A stretch of DNA of 64,000 bases from an uncultured Verrucomicrobia subdivision 3 bacterium (GCA_937890005.1 CALBZA010000017.1:7571-71570), one strand, 5' to 3'; shown: positions 36,989 through 47,058, numbered from the stretch's first letter. The notes: a model not told the origin generated them from the letters alone. Program-made: numbers and translations.

Positions 36989-39120
36989 GTTTCCTCGCGC
37001 CCATCTTTCTGATCGCCGGCGCGGCCATCGCCGGACCGATTCTGTTTCACCTGATCCGCCGGGTCGCACGGGAACGGGTTCAGTTCAGCTCGACGCTGTT
37101 TCTTCATCCGACGCCGCCCAAGGTCACGCGCCGGAAACGTGTGGATGACGTGTTGCTGCTGGTTTTGCGCTGTCTGTGTGTGCTGTTGATGGCGCTGGCA
37201 TTTGCGCGGCCGCTGTTCTCGCGCAGTTCCATCGCGCCGCTGGTCACAGATGATCGACGGCAGAAATTGCTGTTGATCGACACGAGTGCGAGCATGCAAC
37301 GCGACGGGGTCTGGGAAAAAGCGCGTTCAATCGCAGAACGTCATCTTGCCGATGCCGGACCGGATGACCAGGTGGCGATTGCTTCTTTCGACCGGCGTTT
37401 TCAATCGGTGATCACGTTCGAGGAATGGAACGGCTGGTCGGCCGATCAGCGAAAAGCTCTCGCGCTGGCGAGGCTGGAGACGCTTTCACCCAACTGGAAC
37501 GCCACGCAACTCGGCGCGGCAATGATCAGCGCCGTCGAGCATTTCCAACATCAGGCTGTTTCCGGAAATGCGCCGGAACGGAAGGAGTTGATCCTGATCT
37601 CCGATCTTCAGGAAGGCGCGAAGCTCGATGGATTGCAGGGCTATGAATGGCCGCGTGATTTGACCGTGGTCGTCGATACCGTCGCTCCCGCGCGGCGCGG
37701 CAATGTGGGAATTCACGTTGTGTCGTCTGAAGGCAAGGCAGCGGGACCATCGTTCCGGGTCGTGAACGCACGGGATACAGCGCGGGAACGATTCAAGGTG
37801 CAGGTTCTCCACAGCAGCGCGTCGCCAGAGATGGCATCGGATCAAATTGTCGAAGCCTACGTGGCGCCGGGACAGATGAAGACGATGGCGCTTGAGCTGA
37901 ATGAATCCGCCCGAACCGCTGAACTTCGTCTTGAAGACCCGGAGCCGTTCGACAACCGGGCTTATGTCGTCGTTCCCCAAACCGAGCATGTGGCCATCGC
38001 GTGGCTTGGAAGTGAAGCGGCGAACGATCCGGCGCAGATGCGGTTTTACTTCGACAAAGCGTTTCCCGAAACCAAACGCCGACGGGTCGAAGTGGCGGTT
38101 GTTGGAAACAATCAGCCGGTTTCAGCCGCAGCGTTGCGGGAGGCATCGCTGACGGTTGTTTCGCGCGCGTTGAATGCCGCCGAAGCGGATGTTTTGAAAC
38201 AATGGATCGCATCCGGAAACGCTGTGTTGATGATGTTGCCGGAGGATGCGACGACCGACTCGCTGGTGGCGCTGACCGGTGTTGATGCGTTGCGTGTGAG
38301 TGAAGCTTCCGGCCGATTCGTGCTGCTCGGGAAGATCGATTTCAATCATCCGCTCTTCGCACCGTTTGCCGATCCGCGGTTCAGCGACTTTACAAAGATT
38401 CATTTCTGGAAACATCGGCGATTGGATTTGCCGGCGGAGACGGACGCGCGTGTGGTCGCGGGCTTCGATGACGATTCGCCGGCCTTGGTTCAGTTCACCA
38501 TCGGGAAAGGTTCTTTGCTGGTGCTCACATCAGGATGGCATCCGGCCGACAGTCAACTGGCTGTTTCGAGCAAGTTCCCACCGCTGATGCAGACACTATT
38601 GTCGTGGGCCATGGCGGCCACTCCGTCGCGATCGCAATTTGTCGTCGGCGACTCCATCCCGTCGCCGATTTCGACTGGTTCGGCGGTGGAATGGCAATCG
38701 CCGGATGGGAAACGGGAAACGCTCCCGGCGGGAACGGCTTTTGTGCGGACGGACGTCCCCGGATTTTACACCGCCCGTTTCGATGGGAAGGAACGCCAAT
38801 TTGCCGTGAACCTTTCCGCTGACGAAAGTCGCACGACTCCGGGCAGTGTGGATCAGCTGGCGAAACTCGGTGTGCCGTTGAAGGGCAATGAAACCAGGCT
38901 CACCGCTGCTGCGGCGGCGAGCCAGTCGGTGCTGTCGCAAAAGCATGAGCTGGAGGGTCGGCAGAAATTGTGGCGGTGGTTGATTGCGGGCGCGCTGTTG
39001 ACTTTGATTGCTGAAATGGTGTTGAGCGGCCGATTGATGCGGAAGAACGATCGTCGGACGAAAGATGAATCGCAGCCGGCTGCGGCACCTGTCGAGACGC
39101 GGAAGGAGGAGTTCGCTTGA
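36985..39120 (+). CDS. BatA-N-domain / vWA membrane protein
   Basis: MSFLAPIFLIAGAAIAGPILFHLIRR matches the aerotolerance-regulator N-terminal motif. MIDAS motif LLLIDTSASM, and a C-terminal TM helix. ATGA overlap with the DUF58 gene. Confidence 0.8.
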   Translation: MSFLAPIFLIAGAAIAGPILFHLIRRVARERVQFSSTLFLHPTPPKVTRRKRVDDVLLLVLRCLCVLLMALAFARPLFSRSSIAPLVTDDRRQKLLLIDTSASMQRDGVWEKARSIAERHLADAGPDDQVAIASFDRRFQSVITFEEWNGWSADQRKALALARLETLSPNWNATQLGAAMISAVEHFQHQAVSGNAPERKELILISDLQEGAKLDGLQGYEWPRDLTVVVDTVAPARRGNVGIHVVSSEGKAAGPSFRVVNARDTARERFKVQVLHSSASPEMASDQIVEAYVAPGQMKTMALELNESARTAELRLEDPEPFDNRAYVVVPQTEHVAIAWLGSEAANDPAQMRFYFDKAFPETKRRRVEVAVVGNNQPVSAAALREASLTVVSRALNAAEADVLKQWIASGNAVLMMLPEDATTDSLVALTGVDALRVSEASGRFVLLGKIDFNHPLFAPFADPRFSDFTKIHFWKHRRLDLPAETDARVVAGFDDDSPALVQFTIGKGSLLVLTSGWHPADSQLAVSSKFPPLMQTLLSWAMAATPSRSQFVVGDSIPSPISTGSAVEWQSPDGKRETLPAGTAFVRTDVPGFYTARFDGKERQFAVNLSADESRTTPGSVDQLAKLGVPLKGNETRLTAAAAASQSVLSQKHELEGRQKLWRWLIAGALLTLIAEMVLSGRLMRKNDRRTKDESQPAAAPVETRKEEFA

Positions 39121-40766
39121 TCGACGCGCGGTTACAGGTCCGGTTGGAAAGACTCGAAGCGCTGCGGAAGAAAGCGCGTCTGTGGAACCGCGCCGCAATT
39201 TGCTGGTGGATCGTTGCCGCCGCTCTGGCGGTGATTCAATTCAGCAAGGTGACGTCAGTGGAGTTGCGACCAATTTGCCTGATGACGCTTCTGGCGGCAG
39301 GCGTGGTTGCGGTCATTTCGATCTGGATTGTTGAGCGTCGTCGCGCGAACGATTTCCGGGCGCTCGTGCAGGGCCTTGAAGCGGAACATCCCGATTTGCA
39401 TCCGCTGCTTTCAACGGCGTACGAGCAGGAACGCGATCCGGATTCAAAGGAATTTCATTTCCTTCAGCAACGCGTGGTGACGCAGGCGCTGCAACATCCG
39501 TCGCTGCGCAGTTTGCAGGAGAGCCTTGAGAAAAAGCTGCTGACCGCCAAAACGAATCATGCGTTCGGCCTGGCGATCGCGGTGGTTTTGATTTCGATCT
39601 CGGGAATCGATCACGGCAAACCGCAACGCAAATCACCGAGCAAATCGTTGTTTGCGGAATCGATTCAGGTCGAGCCCGGCGACATCGAACTGGAGCGCGG
39701 ACGCAGTTTCGTCGTGACCGTCCGATTCGATCGCCAGCCGCCCAGTGAAGCCACGCTTGTTCTGGCAACGGGAGAGGGCATCAGGCGAATACCCCTGGAA
39801 CGGCATCTGGACGATCCGCTGTTTGGAACGAGCTTGCGTGAGGTTATGGAAAGCGGCTCGTATCACATTGAGTATGGATCGAAAAAGACCCGCGATTATC
39901 GGATCACCGTTTTCGAATACCCCGTGCTCGTCCGCGCCGACGCATCGTTGGAATTTCCCGCCTACACCGGACTCACGAACAAGGCGATTCCGGACACGCT
40001 GCGGATCACTGCGGTGGAGGGAACGCGTTTGAGTTACACGTTTCAGCTCAACAAACCCGTGGCTGAAGCGAGCCTGGTTTCCAAGGAACAAACCATCCGC
40101 CTGATGCCCGGAACGAATGCGGCTCTGGAATTGAGCGATTTTGCGTTAACCAGCAGCGGCAGGTTTGCGCTTCATCTGCGGGATCACGATGGACGGACGA
40201 ATCGACGCAGCAGTGAATTTGTTTTTCAGGTGCTGCCGAATCGTCCGCCTGATTTGAAACTGAATTTCCCCCGCGGTGATCAGCGCGTGTCGCGATTGCA
40301 GGAACTGCGATTGGAAGGCGAAGTGATGGACGACTTCGGCGTGGTGCGATACGGCCTTGGCTACGGAATCGCGGGAGACGAACCCAAATTCGTGGAACTT
40401 GGCGCCGGCGCCGCGCGCAACGAAAAACGGCCGCTCCAATACGAGATCGATCTGGAACAGCTCGGCGTCGATATCGACCAGGTGGTGTCGTATTTCGTCT
40501 GGGCCGATGACGTCGGACCTGCGGGAGAGATTCGGCGGAATTACGGCGACATGTTTTTCGCGGAGATTCGTCCGTTCGATGAAATTTTCAGAGCGGACCA
40601 ATCTGGCGGCGATGGCAGTGGGCAGGAACAGCAGGGTGGGGAAGGTGGCCAGGAGGGCGGTGGCGGTCAACAGACGCGACTGACCGAGCTGCAAAAACAA
40701 ATCGTGATCGCGACCTGGAAAATCCAGCGCGAGAAAGGAGCCGCTCCGGCGGTATCGAAGCCATGA
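39117..40766 (+). CDS. Hypothetical membrane protein (beta-rich ectodomain, Gly/Gln-rich C-terminus; possibly DUF4175-like)
   Basis: Two N-terminal TM helices. TTGA start/stop overlap upstream and ATGA overlap downstream. No catalytic motif seen. Confidence 0.65.
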   Translation: MIDARLQVRLERLEALRKKARLWNRAAICWWIVAAALAVIQFSKVTSVELRPICLMTLLAAGVVAVISIWIVERRRANDFRALVQGLEAEHPDLHPLLSTAYEQERDPDSKEFHFLQQRVVTQALQHPSLRSLQESLEKKLLTAKTNHAFGLAIAVVLISISGIDHGKPQRKSPSKSLFAESIQVEPGDIELERGRSFVVTVRFDRQPPSEATLVLATGEGIRRIPLERHLDDPLFGTSLREVMESGSYHIEYGSKKTRDYRITVFEYPVLVRADASLEFPAYTGLTNKAIPDTLRITAVEGTRLSYTFQLNKPVAEASLVSKEQTIRLMPGTNAALELSDFALTSSGRFALHLRDHDGRTNRRSSEFVFQVLPNRPPDLKLNFPRGDQRVSRLQELRLEGEVMDDFGVVRYGLGYGIAGDEPKFVELGAGAARNEKRPLQYEIDLEQLGVDIDQVVSYFVWADDVGPAGEIRRNYGDMFFAEIRPFDEIFRADQSGGDGSGQEQQGGEGGQEGGGGQQTRLTELQKQIVIATWKIQREKGAAPAVSKP

Positions 40767-43192
40767 AGAGCAAAGGAAAAAAATCGGTGTTGGGCGACGG
40801 CTTGTCCACAAAGGCTTCAAGGCAGCCATCGCGAACCCTGCGGCGGGCACTGATCGGTTCGGCGCTGTTCGTGGCGTTGGGAATGTTCGTTCCGCAATCC
40901 GGGTTCAGTCAGCAGCGTCAGAACCGGCCTCTCTCCGCCCCTTCAGTTTCTCCGGCTTCAGGAAACTATTCCTCCAACCTGGTCGTCATTCGCGAGGCAC
41001 AGCAGCAGGCTTTGACACAGGCGCGCGAGATGATGAACCAGATCGAGAGCGATCGCGACCGGGTGGCTCTTCAGGCCGCGATCAAGGAGATGGAGCGTTC
41101 GCAGGAAGCGCTTGAAGCCGCCGAAAAATCACCGGAGAAACTTGCCGCGGCGACCGCTGCGCAGCAGAACGCGTATCAGGCGTTGCTCAAGATGATGCCG
41201 CGCGAATATCGGATGCAACGAAGTCAGCGCAATCAGAATCAGGGCCGCGGGCAATCCGGCCAGCCCCAGCGGCAGCAGATGGAGCAGCTCGAGATGAGCC
41301 GCGAGGAGAATCGTTACGAAACGGAACGGCAGGCACGTGCCGAAGCGACGCCGCAGCAGCGGGAGCAGTTGGAGACGTCCAATAAATTGCGGGAGCTCGC
41401 GCAACGGCAGCAGGATTTGAACGAACGATTGCGGGAACTGCAGACAGCGCTTCAGGCGGCACGAACCGAACCGGAAAAGGAGGAGCTGCGCCGCGAATTG
41501 AAACGCCTTCAGGACGAGCAACGGCAGATGCTGGCCGACGTGGATCAGATGCGTCAGGAGATGGAACAGTCCTCAAACGCCACATCCGAGGCGCGCGAGC
41601 AGATGGAGCAGACCCGTGCCGACATGCAACGCGCGGCTGAGGAGATGCAGAATGAATCCGCATCGGGCGCCCTGGCCGCCGGCACGCGCGCGCAACAGAA
41701 CATGCAGAACCTGCGCGACGAATTGCGGCGTCAGGCTTCAAGCCAGTTCACAGACCAGATGCGCGACATGCGCAATGATGCCCGGGAACTGGCCCGGCGA
41801 CAGGAGGAGATCGCGCGTCAGCTCGATCAGCTGGAGAATGGCCGGGAACGGTCACTCGACAATTCGCGCGAGCGGCAGGAATTGGTCCGTCAGATGACCC
41901 AGCAACACAACGCATTGACGAATCTTCTCTCGAACATGCGCGCCGTAACCGAACAGGCCGAGAACACCGAACCGCTTCTTTCGAAACAGCTTTACGACAC
42001 GCTTCGCCGGGCGGATCAGGCGCGAACGGATGAAATGTTGCAAATGGGAGCGCAGCTGGCGGAACGCGGTTTCCTTCCGCAGGCGAGCGAAGTCGAACGT
42101 GGTATTCGACAGAACGTGAATGACCTTCGGCAAAGCATCGAGCGTGCGGCGGAAAGCGTGCTTGGAAACGAAGCCGAATCGCTGCGTTACGCGGAACGGG
42201 AACTGAATCAGCTCTCCGAACAGATTGAGAGGGAACTCGCCGGTGGCGGTGGAACCAATTCGCTGGCTGGGGCGGGCGGACGGTCTGGTTCGGAAACCAA
42301 TCGTTTGCGGGAAGCCGGGGGAGGAATGGGAATGGATCGGCAGGGTCAGTCCGGACAACAAGCCCGAACGGGAGAGCGAGAGGGAAATGAACCCGGCGGA
42401 CGAGGTTCCGAACGCAGCAATGGGCAACCCACTCAAGCAGGTTCAGATCAACCGGGCACGCAATCCGGTGCCAGTGAGGAAACTCGAGTCGCCCAGGCCC
42501 AGACGGGGCAGCGCGGCGAAGGCTCTCAACAGAACGAGCAGCCATCCGGTCAGGGAAATGGAACTGCCGGCCAGGGCGAAGGCCAGGAGCAACGTTCAGG
42601 AAATCAACAGGCGCAAAATGGCGACCGCGGTCAGCGCGGACAGTCCGGCCAGCAGGGTCAGTCCGGCCGGTCTGATCAGGGAAATCAAGGTGGCGAGCGT
42701 TCGAGCCCGACCGAGGGTCAGGGTCAGATTGCAGATGCAAACCCGCAGAGTGGTGGAGGTGGCGGCGGTAGAGGCGGTGGTGGTCGTGATGGCGATCGAT
42801 TGAGGCAGATTGCCGAACAGATTGGCGCCGGCAACGACGGCAGGCTGGATGGCGGACCGATCACGGGGGGCGGTTTTGTGAATTGGGCCGACCGGCTGCG
42901 CGATGTGGAACGCGTGCTGGAAGATCCGGAGCTTCGCAACGAACTGGCCTCGGTTCGTGAACGGGTTGCAGCGATGCGGGCCGAGTTTCGCGAATCCGGA
43001 CGGCGTCCGTCCGAGGAGGTGTTGAAGCACAACATCGTGAAACCGTTGAGTGAGGTGCGGGTCTGGTTGCGTCAGGAACTGGCGCGTCGCGAAACGCCGG
43101 AGGGACTTGTGCCGTTGGACCGCGATCCGGTACCGGAGACCTTCTCCGAACTGGTGCGCCAGTATTACGAAAATCTTGGAACGACCCGGTGA
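40763..43192 (+). CDS. Secreted coiled-coil / intrinsically disordered Gln-Glu-Arg-Gly-rich protein
   Basis: Signal/TM segment LIGSALFVALGMFV. Roughly 400 aa of heptad-like QQ/EE/RR sequence are followed by GQ(G/S)-rich low complexity. The structured C-terminus reads GGFVNWADRLRDVERVLEDPELR. Confidence 0.7.
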   Translation: MKSKGKKSVLGDGLSTKASRQPSRTLRRALIGSALFVALGMFVPQSGFSQQRQNRPLSAPSVSPASGNYSSNLVVIREAQQQALTQAREMMNQIESDRDRVALQAAIKEMERSQEALEAAEKSPEKLAAATAAQQNAYQALLKMMPREYRMQRSQRNQNQGRGQSGQPQRQQMEQLEMSREENRYETERQARAEATPQQREQLETSNKLRELAQRQQDLNERLRELQTALQAARTEPEKEELRRELKRLQDEQRQMLADVDQMRQEMEQSSNATSEAREQMEQTRADMQRAAEEMQNESASGALAAGTRAQQNMQNLRDELRRQASSQFTDQMRDMRNDARELARRQEEIARQLDQLENGRERSLDNSRERQELVRQMTQQHNALTNLLSNMRAVTEQAENTEPLLSKQLYDTLRRADQARTDEMLQMGAQLAERGFLPQASEVERGIRQNVNDLRQSIERAAESVLGNEAESLRYAERELNQLSEQIERELAGGGGTNSLAGAGGRSGSETNRLREAGGGMGMDRQGQSGQQARTGEREGNEPGGRGSERSNGQPTQAGSDQPGTQSGASEETRVAQAQTGQRGEGSQQNEQPSGQGNGTAGQGEGQEQRSGNQQAQNGDRGQRGQSGQQGQSGRSDQGNQGGERSSPTEGQGQIADANPQSGGGGGGRGGGGRDGDRLRQIAEQIGAGNDGRLDGGPITGGGFVNWADRLRDVERVLEDPELRNELASVRERVAAMRAEFRESGRRPSEEVLKHNIVKPLSEVRVWLRQELARRETPEGLVPLDRDPVPETFSELVRQYYENLGTTR

Positions 43193-45600
43193 TCACCCTT
43201 TCTGCCATTGTCATTGTTGGTCGCGACTGGTTGATTCCCGCGCTGATTCTCACCGGAGTGGCGATTGCGGCGTTGATCCGGTCCTGGCGTGAAACGGGAA
43301 CATCCCGGCGCACCGCTCCCATTTGTGCCGGCTTGAAGCTGCTCGGCGTTCTGCTTCTCGCACTTGCTTTGATGGAACCAATCTGGGCAGGTCAGCGGGC
43401 GAAACCGGGTGCGAACCTGTTCGGGATCATTGTGGATAATAGCCAGAGCATGACTGTGAAGGATGGCGGTGCGACTCGCGCGGAAAATGTTCGCGAATGG
43501 GTTGCGGGAAATGAACATCGCTGGCGCGCGCAGCTGGAGGAGGATTTTCAGGTGCGACGTTACACATTCGACTCGCGGCTGGAACATACGAAGGATTTCG
43601 CGCAGTTGAACTTCAACGGTTCCGTTTCCAGTCTGGCCAATGCGTTGCGGACGGCTGCGGAACAATGGCGCGGACAACCCGTTGCCGGCGTTCTGCTGTT
43701 CACGGACGGCAACGCCACTGACATTCGGGATGAACTTCCTGATCTCACCGGTTTCCCGCCAGTTTATCCTGTGATTGCCAACAGCCGGTCGCGACTGAAC
43801 GATCTGGCGCTCCGAAAAGTGACGATGAGCCAGACAGCGTTCGAGGATGCACCGGTGAACATTCAGGCGTCCGTTCGCGCTTCGGGATTCAGCGGATCGG
43901 ATGTGGTTGCCACGTTGACCGAAGTGGCGGTGCAGGATGTCGCTGATTCGAACCGGACGTTCAAAGCTTCCGTTTCAGCGCAGTCGAACACGGTTGCGTC
44001 TTTGACCTCGCGCGCACGCGGAGCGGAATCGGATTTGACGTTTCGCTTTAAACTCCAGCCGGATCAGCCCGGCATCCATGTTTATTCGCTCGATATTGCG
44101 AGCGGGAATGGACGGTCCGACGATGCCGGCGAGGCCACACTGGTGAACAACAGGCGCATGCTGGTCGTGGATCGCGGCCAGCAGCCATTCCGCGTGCTTT
44201 ACGTGAGTGGCAGGCCGAACTGGGAATACAAGTTTCTGAATCGCGCGATTCAGGAGGATCATCAGGTGCAGATGGTCTCGCTGATCCGCGTCGCGAAACG
44301 CGAACCGAAGTTTGAGTTCAAAGGACGTGCCGGCGAGTCGAGCAATCCATTGTTTCGCGGATTCAACGAAGCGGACGAGGAACGCGCCCGTTACGATCAG
44401 CCTGTTCTGGTCCGGTTGAACACGAAGGATGAACTCGAACTGCGCGGTGGTTTTCCAAAAACAGCCGGGGAACTCTTTCAGTATCACGCGCTGATTCTCG
44501 ACGATGTGGAAGCGGAATTCTTCACGCGCGATCAGTTGTCGCTGATCCAGCAGTTCGTCTCCGAACGCGGCGGCGGATTTCTCATGTTGGGCGGAGCGGA
44601 ATCGTTTCGCGAAGGGGATTACGCCGGAACCCCGATCGCGTCGCTGCTGCCGGTTTATGTCGATCGACCGGTGGAGGTTCATCTTCCTTCGCAATTGCGG
44701 CTGACGTTGAGCAGGGAAGGATGGCTTCAGCCCTGGACGCGGTTGCGTCCGACCGAATCCGAAGAGAACGAACGGCTGGAAACAATGCCGGCGTTTGAAG
44801 TCTTCAATCCCGTGCGCGACGTGAAACCGGGCGCGAGTGTGCTGGCCACGGTTTCCGATCCGGATGGCAGGAATTATCCCGCTCTCGTGGTGCAGCGTTT
44901 CGGTCTGGGACGCACGGCTGCATTGACCGTTGGTGATCTGTGGCGCTGGGGATTGCGGGACGAAACGATGCAGAAGGATTTGGGGCGGAGCTGGCGTCAG
45001 TTGGTCCGCTGGCTCGTGGCCGATGTTCCGGCGCGGATCACGGTGGCGGTGGAACCGTCTGAATCCGGCGATGCTTCAGCTGTGCGGCTTCGTGTGAAGG
45101 CTCGGGATGAAGATTTCAAGCCGATCGAATCCGCGAATGTGACGTTGAACCTGCGGCGAATTGTGGCCGCGGGGGAAAACAATGTTTCTGACAATCTCGT
45201 GCAGCTTCCGGCGGAACCGGTTGTGAATGAGCCGGGAACGTTTGATGCCACTTACATCGCGCGCGATCCCGGCGCCTACATGGTGGAGGCGTCCGTCGCG
45301 GATTCTGCCAACGTGAAAATCGGTTCCGCGGTCGCAGCGTGGGCATCCGAGCCGGATGCGGAGGAGTTCCAGAACCTTGAGGTCAATCGCGCCCTGCTGG
45401 AGAACATCGCACGCAAAACCGGTGGCGAAGTGATCGATTATCATGATCTCGAGAATTTTGCGAAGCGGCTGCCGAAGGAACGCGCGCCGGTGATGGAAGC
45501 GACGAGCACGCCATTGTGGCATCGACCTGAAGTTCTCGCGCTGGCCCTGGGATGCTTTCTTGTCGAGTGGGGATTGCGTCGGCGGAAAGGATTGCCATGA
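43189..45600 (+). CDS. Polytopic membrane protein with a vWA (MIDAS DNSQS) domain and a glutamine-amidotransferase-like fold domain
   Basis: N-terminal TM helices, the motif FGIIVDNSQSM, YHALILDDVEAEFFTRDQLSLIQQFVSERGGGFLMLGG (class-I GATase-like fold without an obvious catalytic Cys), and a C-terminal TM helix. GTGA overlap. Confidence 0.75.
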   Translation: MITLSAIVIVGRDWLIPALILTGVAIAALIRSWRETGTSRRTAPICAGLKLLGVLLLALALMEPIWAGQRAKPGANLFGIIVDNSQSMTVKDGGATRAENVREWVAGNEHRWRAQLEEDFQVRRYTFDSRLEHTKDFAQLNFNGSVSSLANALRTAAEQWRGQPVAGVLLFTDGNATDIRDELPDLTGFPPVYPVIANSRSRLNDLALRKVTMSQTAFEDAPVNIQASVRASGFSGSDVVATLTEVAVQDVADSNRTFKASVSAQSNTVASLTSRARGAESDLTFRFKLQPDQPGIHVYSLDIASGNGRSDDAGEATLVNNRRMLVVDRGQQPFRVLYVSGRPNWEYKFLNRAIQEDHQVQMVSLIRVAKREPKFEFKGRAGESSNPLFRGFNEADEERARYDQPVLVRLNTKDELELRGGFPKTAGELFQYHALILDDVEAEFFTRDQLSLIQQFVSERGGGFLMLGGAESFREGDYAGTPIASLLPVYVDRPVEVHLPSQLRLTLSREGWLQPWTRLRPTESEENERLETMPAFEVFNPVRDVKPGASVLATVSDPDGRNYPALVVQRFGLGRTAALTVGDLWRWGLRDETMQKDLGRSWRQLVRWLVADVPARITVAVEPSESGDASAVRLRVKARDEDFKPIESANVTLNLRRIVAAGENNVSDNLVQLPAEPVVNEPGTFDATYIARDPGAYMVEASVADSANVKIGSAVAAWASEPDAEEFQNLEVNRALLENIARKTGGEVIDYHDLENFAKRLPKERAPVMEATSTPLWHRPEVLALALGCFLVEWGLRRRKGLP

Positions 45601-46604
45601 GATTTCGTTTCATGAAGGCGATCATTTGGCGGCTTGCGATTCTTCTGCTGGCGACGGTTACCGCATTTCCCGTTACGGCACAGAATAGTTCGACAGTTCA
45701 AACGAATGAGGCGCGATCGCTTGTCCTGGTGATTGGCGCTGCGGGCGAACTGGAATATGGCGAGGCGTTTGCCAGATCGGCGGACCTTTGGACGGAAGCG
45801 GCGCGACAGGGCGGATTCCGAACCGTTGTGATCGGGCAGGGGACGAACTCAGTTGCCGACGACAAAGTGCAGTTGCTGACGACGATTACGAATGAAATCG
45901 CAGCGTCGGGTGGAGAACTCTGGGTCGTTTTGATCGGGCACGGAACGTTTGATGGCAAAACGGCAAAGTTCAATTTGCGCGGACCTGATATTTCCTCGGA
46001 TGAATTGGCGGCCGCGTTGAAGAACTGTCGGCGTCCTCTCGCGGTCATCAATTGCGCTTCCGCGAGCGGACCTTTTCTGAAGGCGCTGTCGGGTCCGGGC
46101 CGCGTGGTGATCACTGCGACGCGGAGCGGATACGAACTGAATCTGACGCGTTTCGGTGATTATCTGGCCAAGGCGATCGGCAGTCCGGAAGCCGATCTGG
46201 ACAAGGACGGTCAGACTTCGCTGCTGGAGGCCTATTTGATGGCGTCGCGGCAGGTCGAGCAGTTTTACACGGAGTCGGGCCGGCTCGCGACGGAGCATTC
46301 CTTGATGGATGACAATGGCGATGGACTGGGCACGCCGGCGGAATTTTTCGTGGGAGTGCGGGCGACGAAAAAGGCTGAGGGCGGTCGGAGCACGGATGGG
46401 GTCCGCGCGCACCAGATGAATGTGATTCGCGGAACGGAGGAGGCGCGGCTGTCACCGGAACGCCGCGCGCAACGCGATGCATTGGAGAGTGAATTGAACG
46501 CGTTGCGCGAACGCAAAACGTCCATGGCGGAGGACGATTACTATCGCGAGCTGGAGCGTGTTCTCGAAGCCATTGCCCGGATTTACCTTCAACCCGAAAC
46601 CTGA
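45597..46604 (+). CDS. Secreted clan-CD (legumain/C13- or caspase-like) fold protein
   Basis: Signal peptide MRFRFMKAIIWRLAILLLATVTAFPVTAQ. A His-Cys dyad sits in the canonical strand-end context: WVVLIGHG (His115, codon 45939-45941) and LAVINCASASG (Cys153, codon 46053-46055), 38 residues apart. It is followed by VVITATRSGYE. ATGA overlap. Confidence 0.6.
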   Translation: MRFRFMKAIIWRLAILLLATVTAFPVTAQNSSTVQTNEARSLVLVIGAAGELEYGEAFARSADLWTEAARQGGFRTVVIGQGTNSVADDKVQLLTTITNEIAASGGELWVVLIGHGTFDGKTAKFNLRGPDISSDELAAALKNCRRPLAVINCASASGPFLKALSGPGRVVITATRSGYELNLTRFGDYLAKAIGSPEADLDKDGQTSLLEAYLMASRQVEQFYTESGRLATEHSLMDDNGDGLGTPAEFFVGVRATKKAEGGRSTDGVRAHQMNVIRGTEEARLSPERRAQRDALESELNALRERKTSMAEDDYYRELERVLEAIARIYLQPET

Positions 46605-46623
46605 GCGCGAAGCGGATGTGCGC

Positions 46624-47058
46624 CTACGAGAGTTCGTCGATCAGTTCGATGCGTCGTTGGTGGCGTCCACCTTCGAACGGAGTGTCGAGCCAGACGCGGA
46701 CGATTTCGAGGGCCTGATCGAGGGACATCATTCGCTGGCCGAGCGAGAGCACGTTGGCGTTGTTGTGAAGGCGTCCGAAGCGGGCGGATTCGAGATCCCA
46801 GCAGAGTGAGCAGCGGATTCCTTTCACGCGATTGGCGGTCATCGCTTCGCCGTTTCCGGAACCGCCGAGGACGATGCCGCGTTCGGCTTCTCCCTTTGCG
46901 ACCGCTTCGGCCACGGGACGGATGAAGAGAGGGTAATCGACGGGAGAATCGGATTCCGGTCCGAAATCCTTAACGGTATGGCCCATGTTGGTGAGCATGG
47001 CCTTGATTTGTTCCTTATACTTGAACCCTGCGTGGTCAGATCCGATCGCAATCTTCAT
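46624..47058 (-). CDS. rpiB: Ribose-5-phosphate isomerase B
   Basis: MKIAIGSDHAGFKYKEQIK...GIVLGGSGNGEAMTANRVKGIRC...HNNANVLSLG are RpiB/LacAB signatures. Confidence 0.9.
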   Translation of the reverse strand: MKIAIGSDHAGFKYKEQIKAMLTNMGHTVKDFGPESDSPVDYPLFIRPVAEAVAKGEAERGIVLGGSGNGEAMTANRVKGIRCSLCWDLESARFGRLHNNANVLSLGQRMMSLDQALEIVRVWLDTPFEGGRHQRRIELIDELS

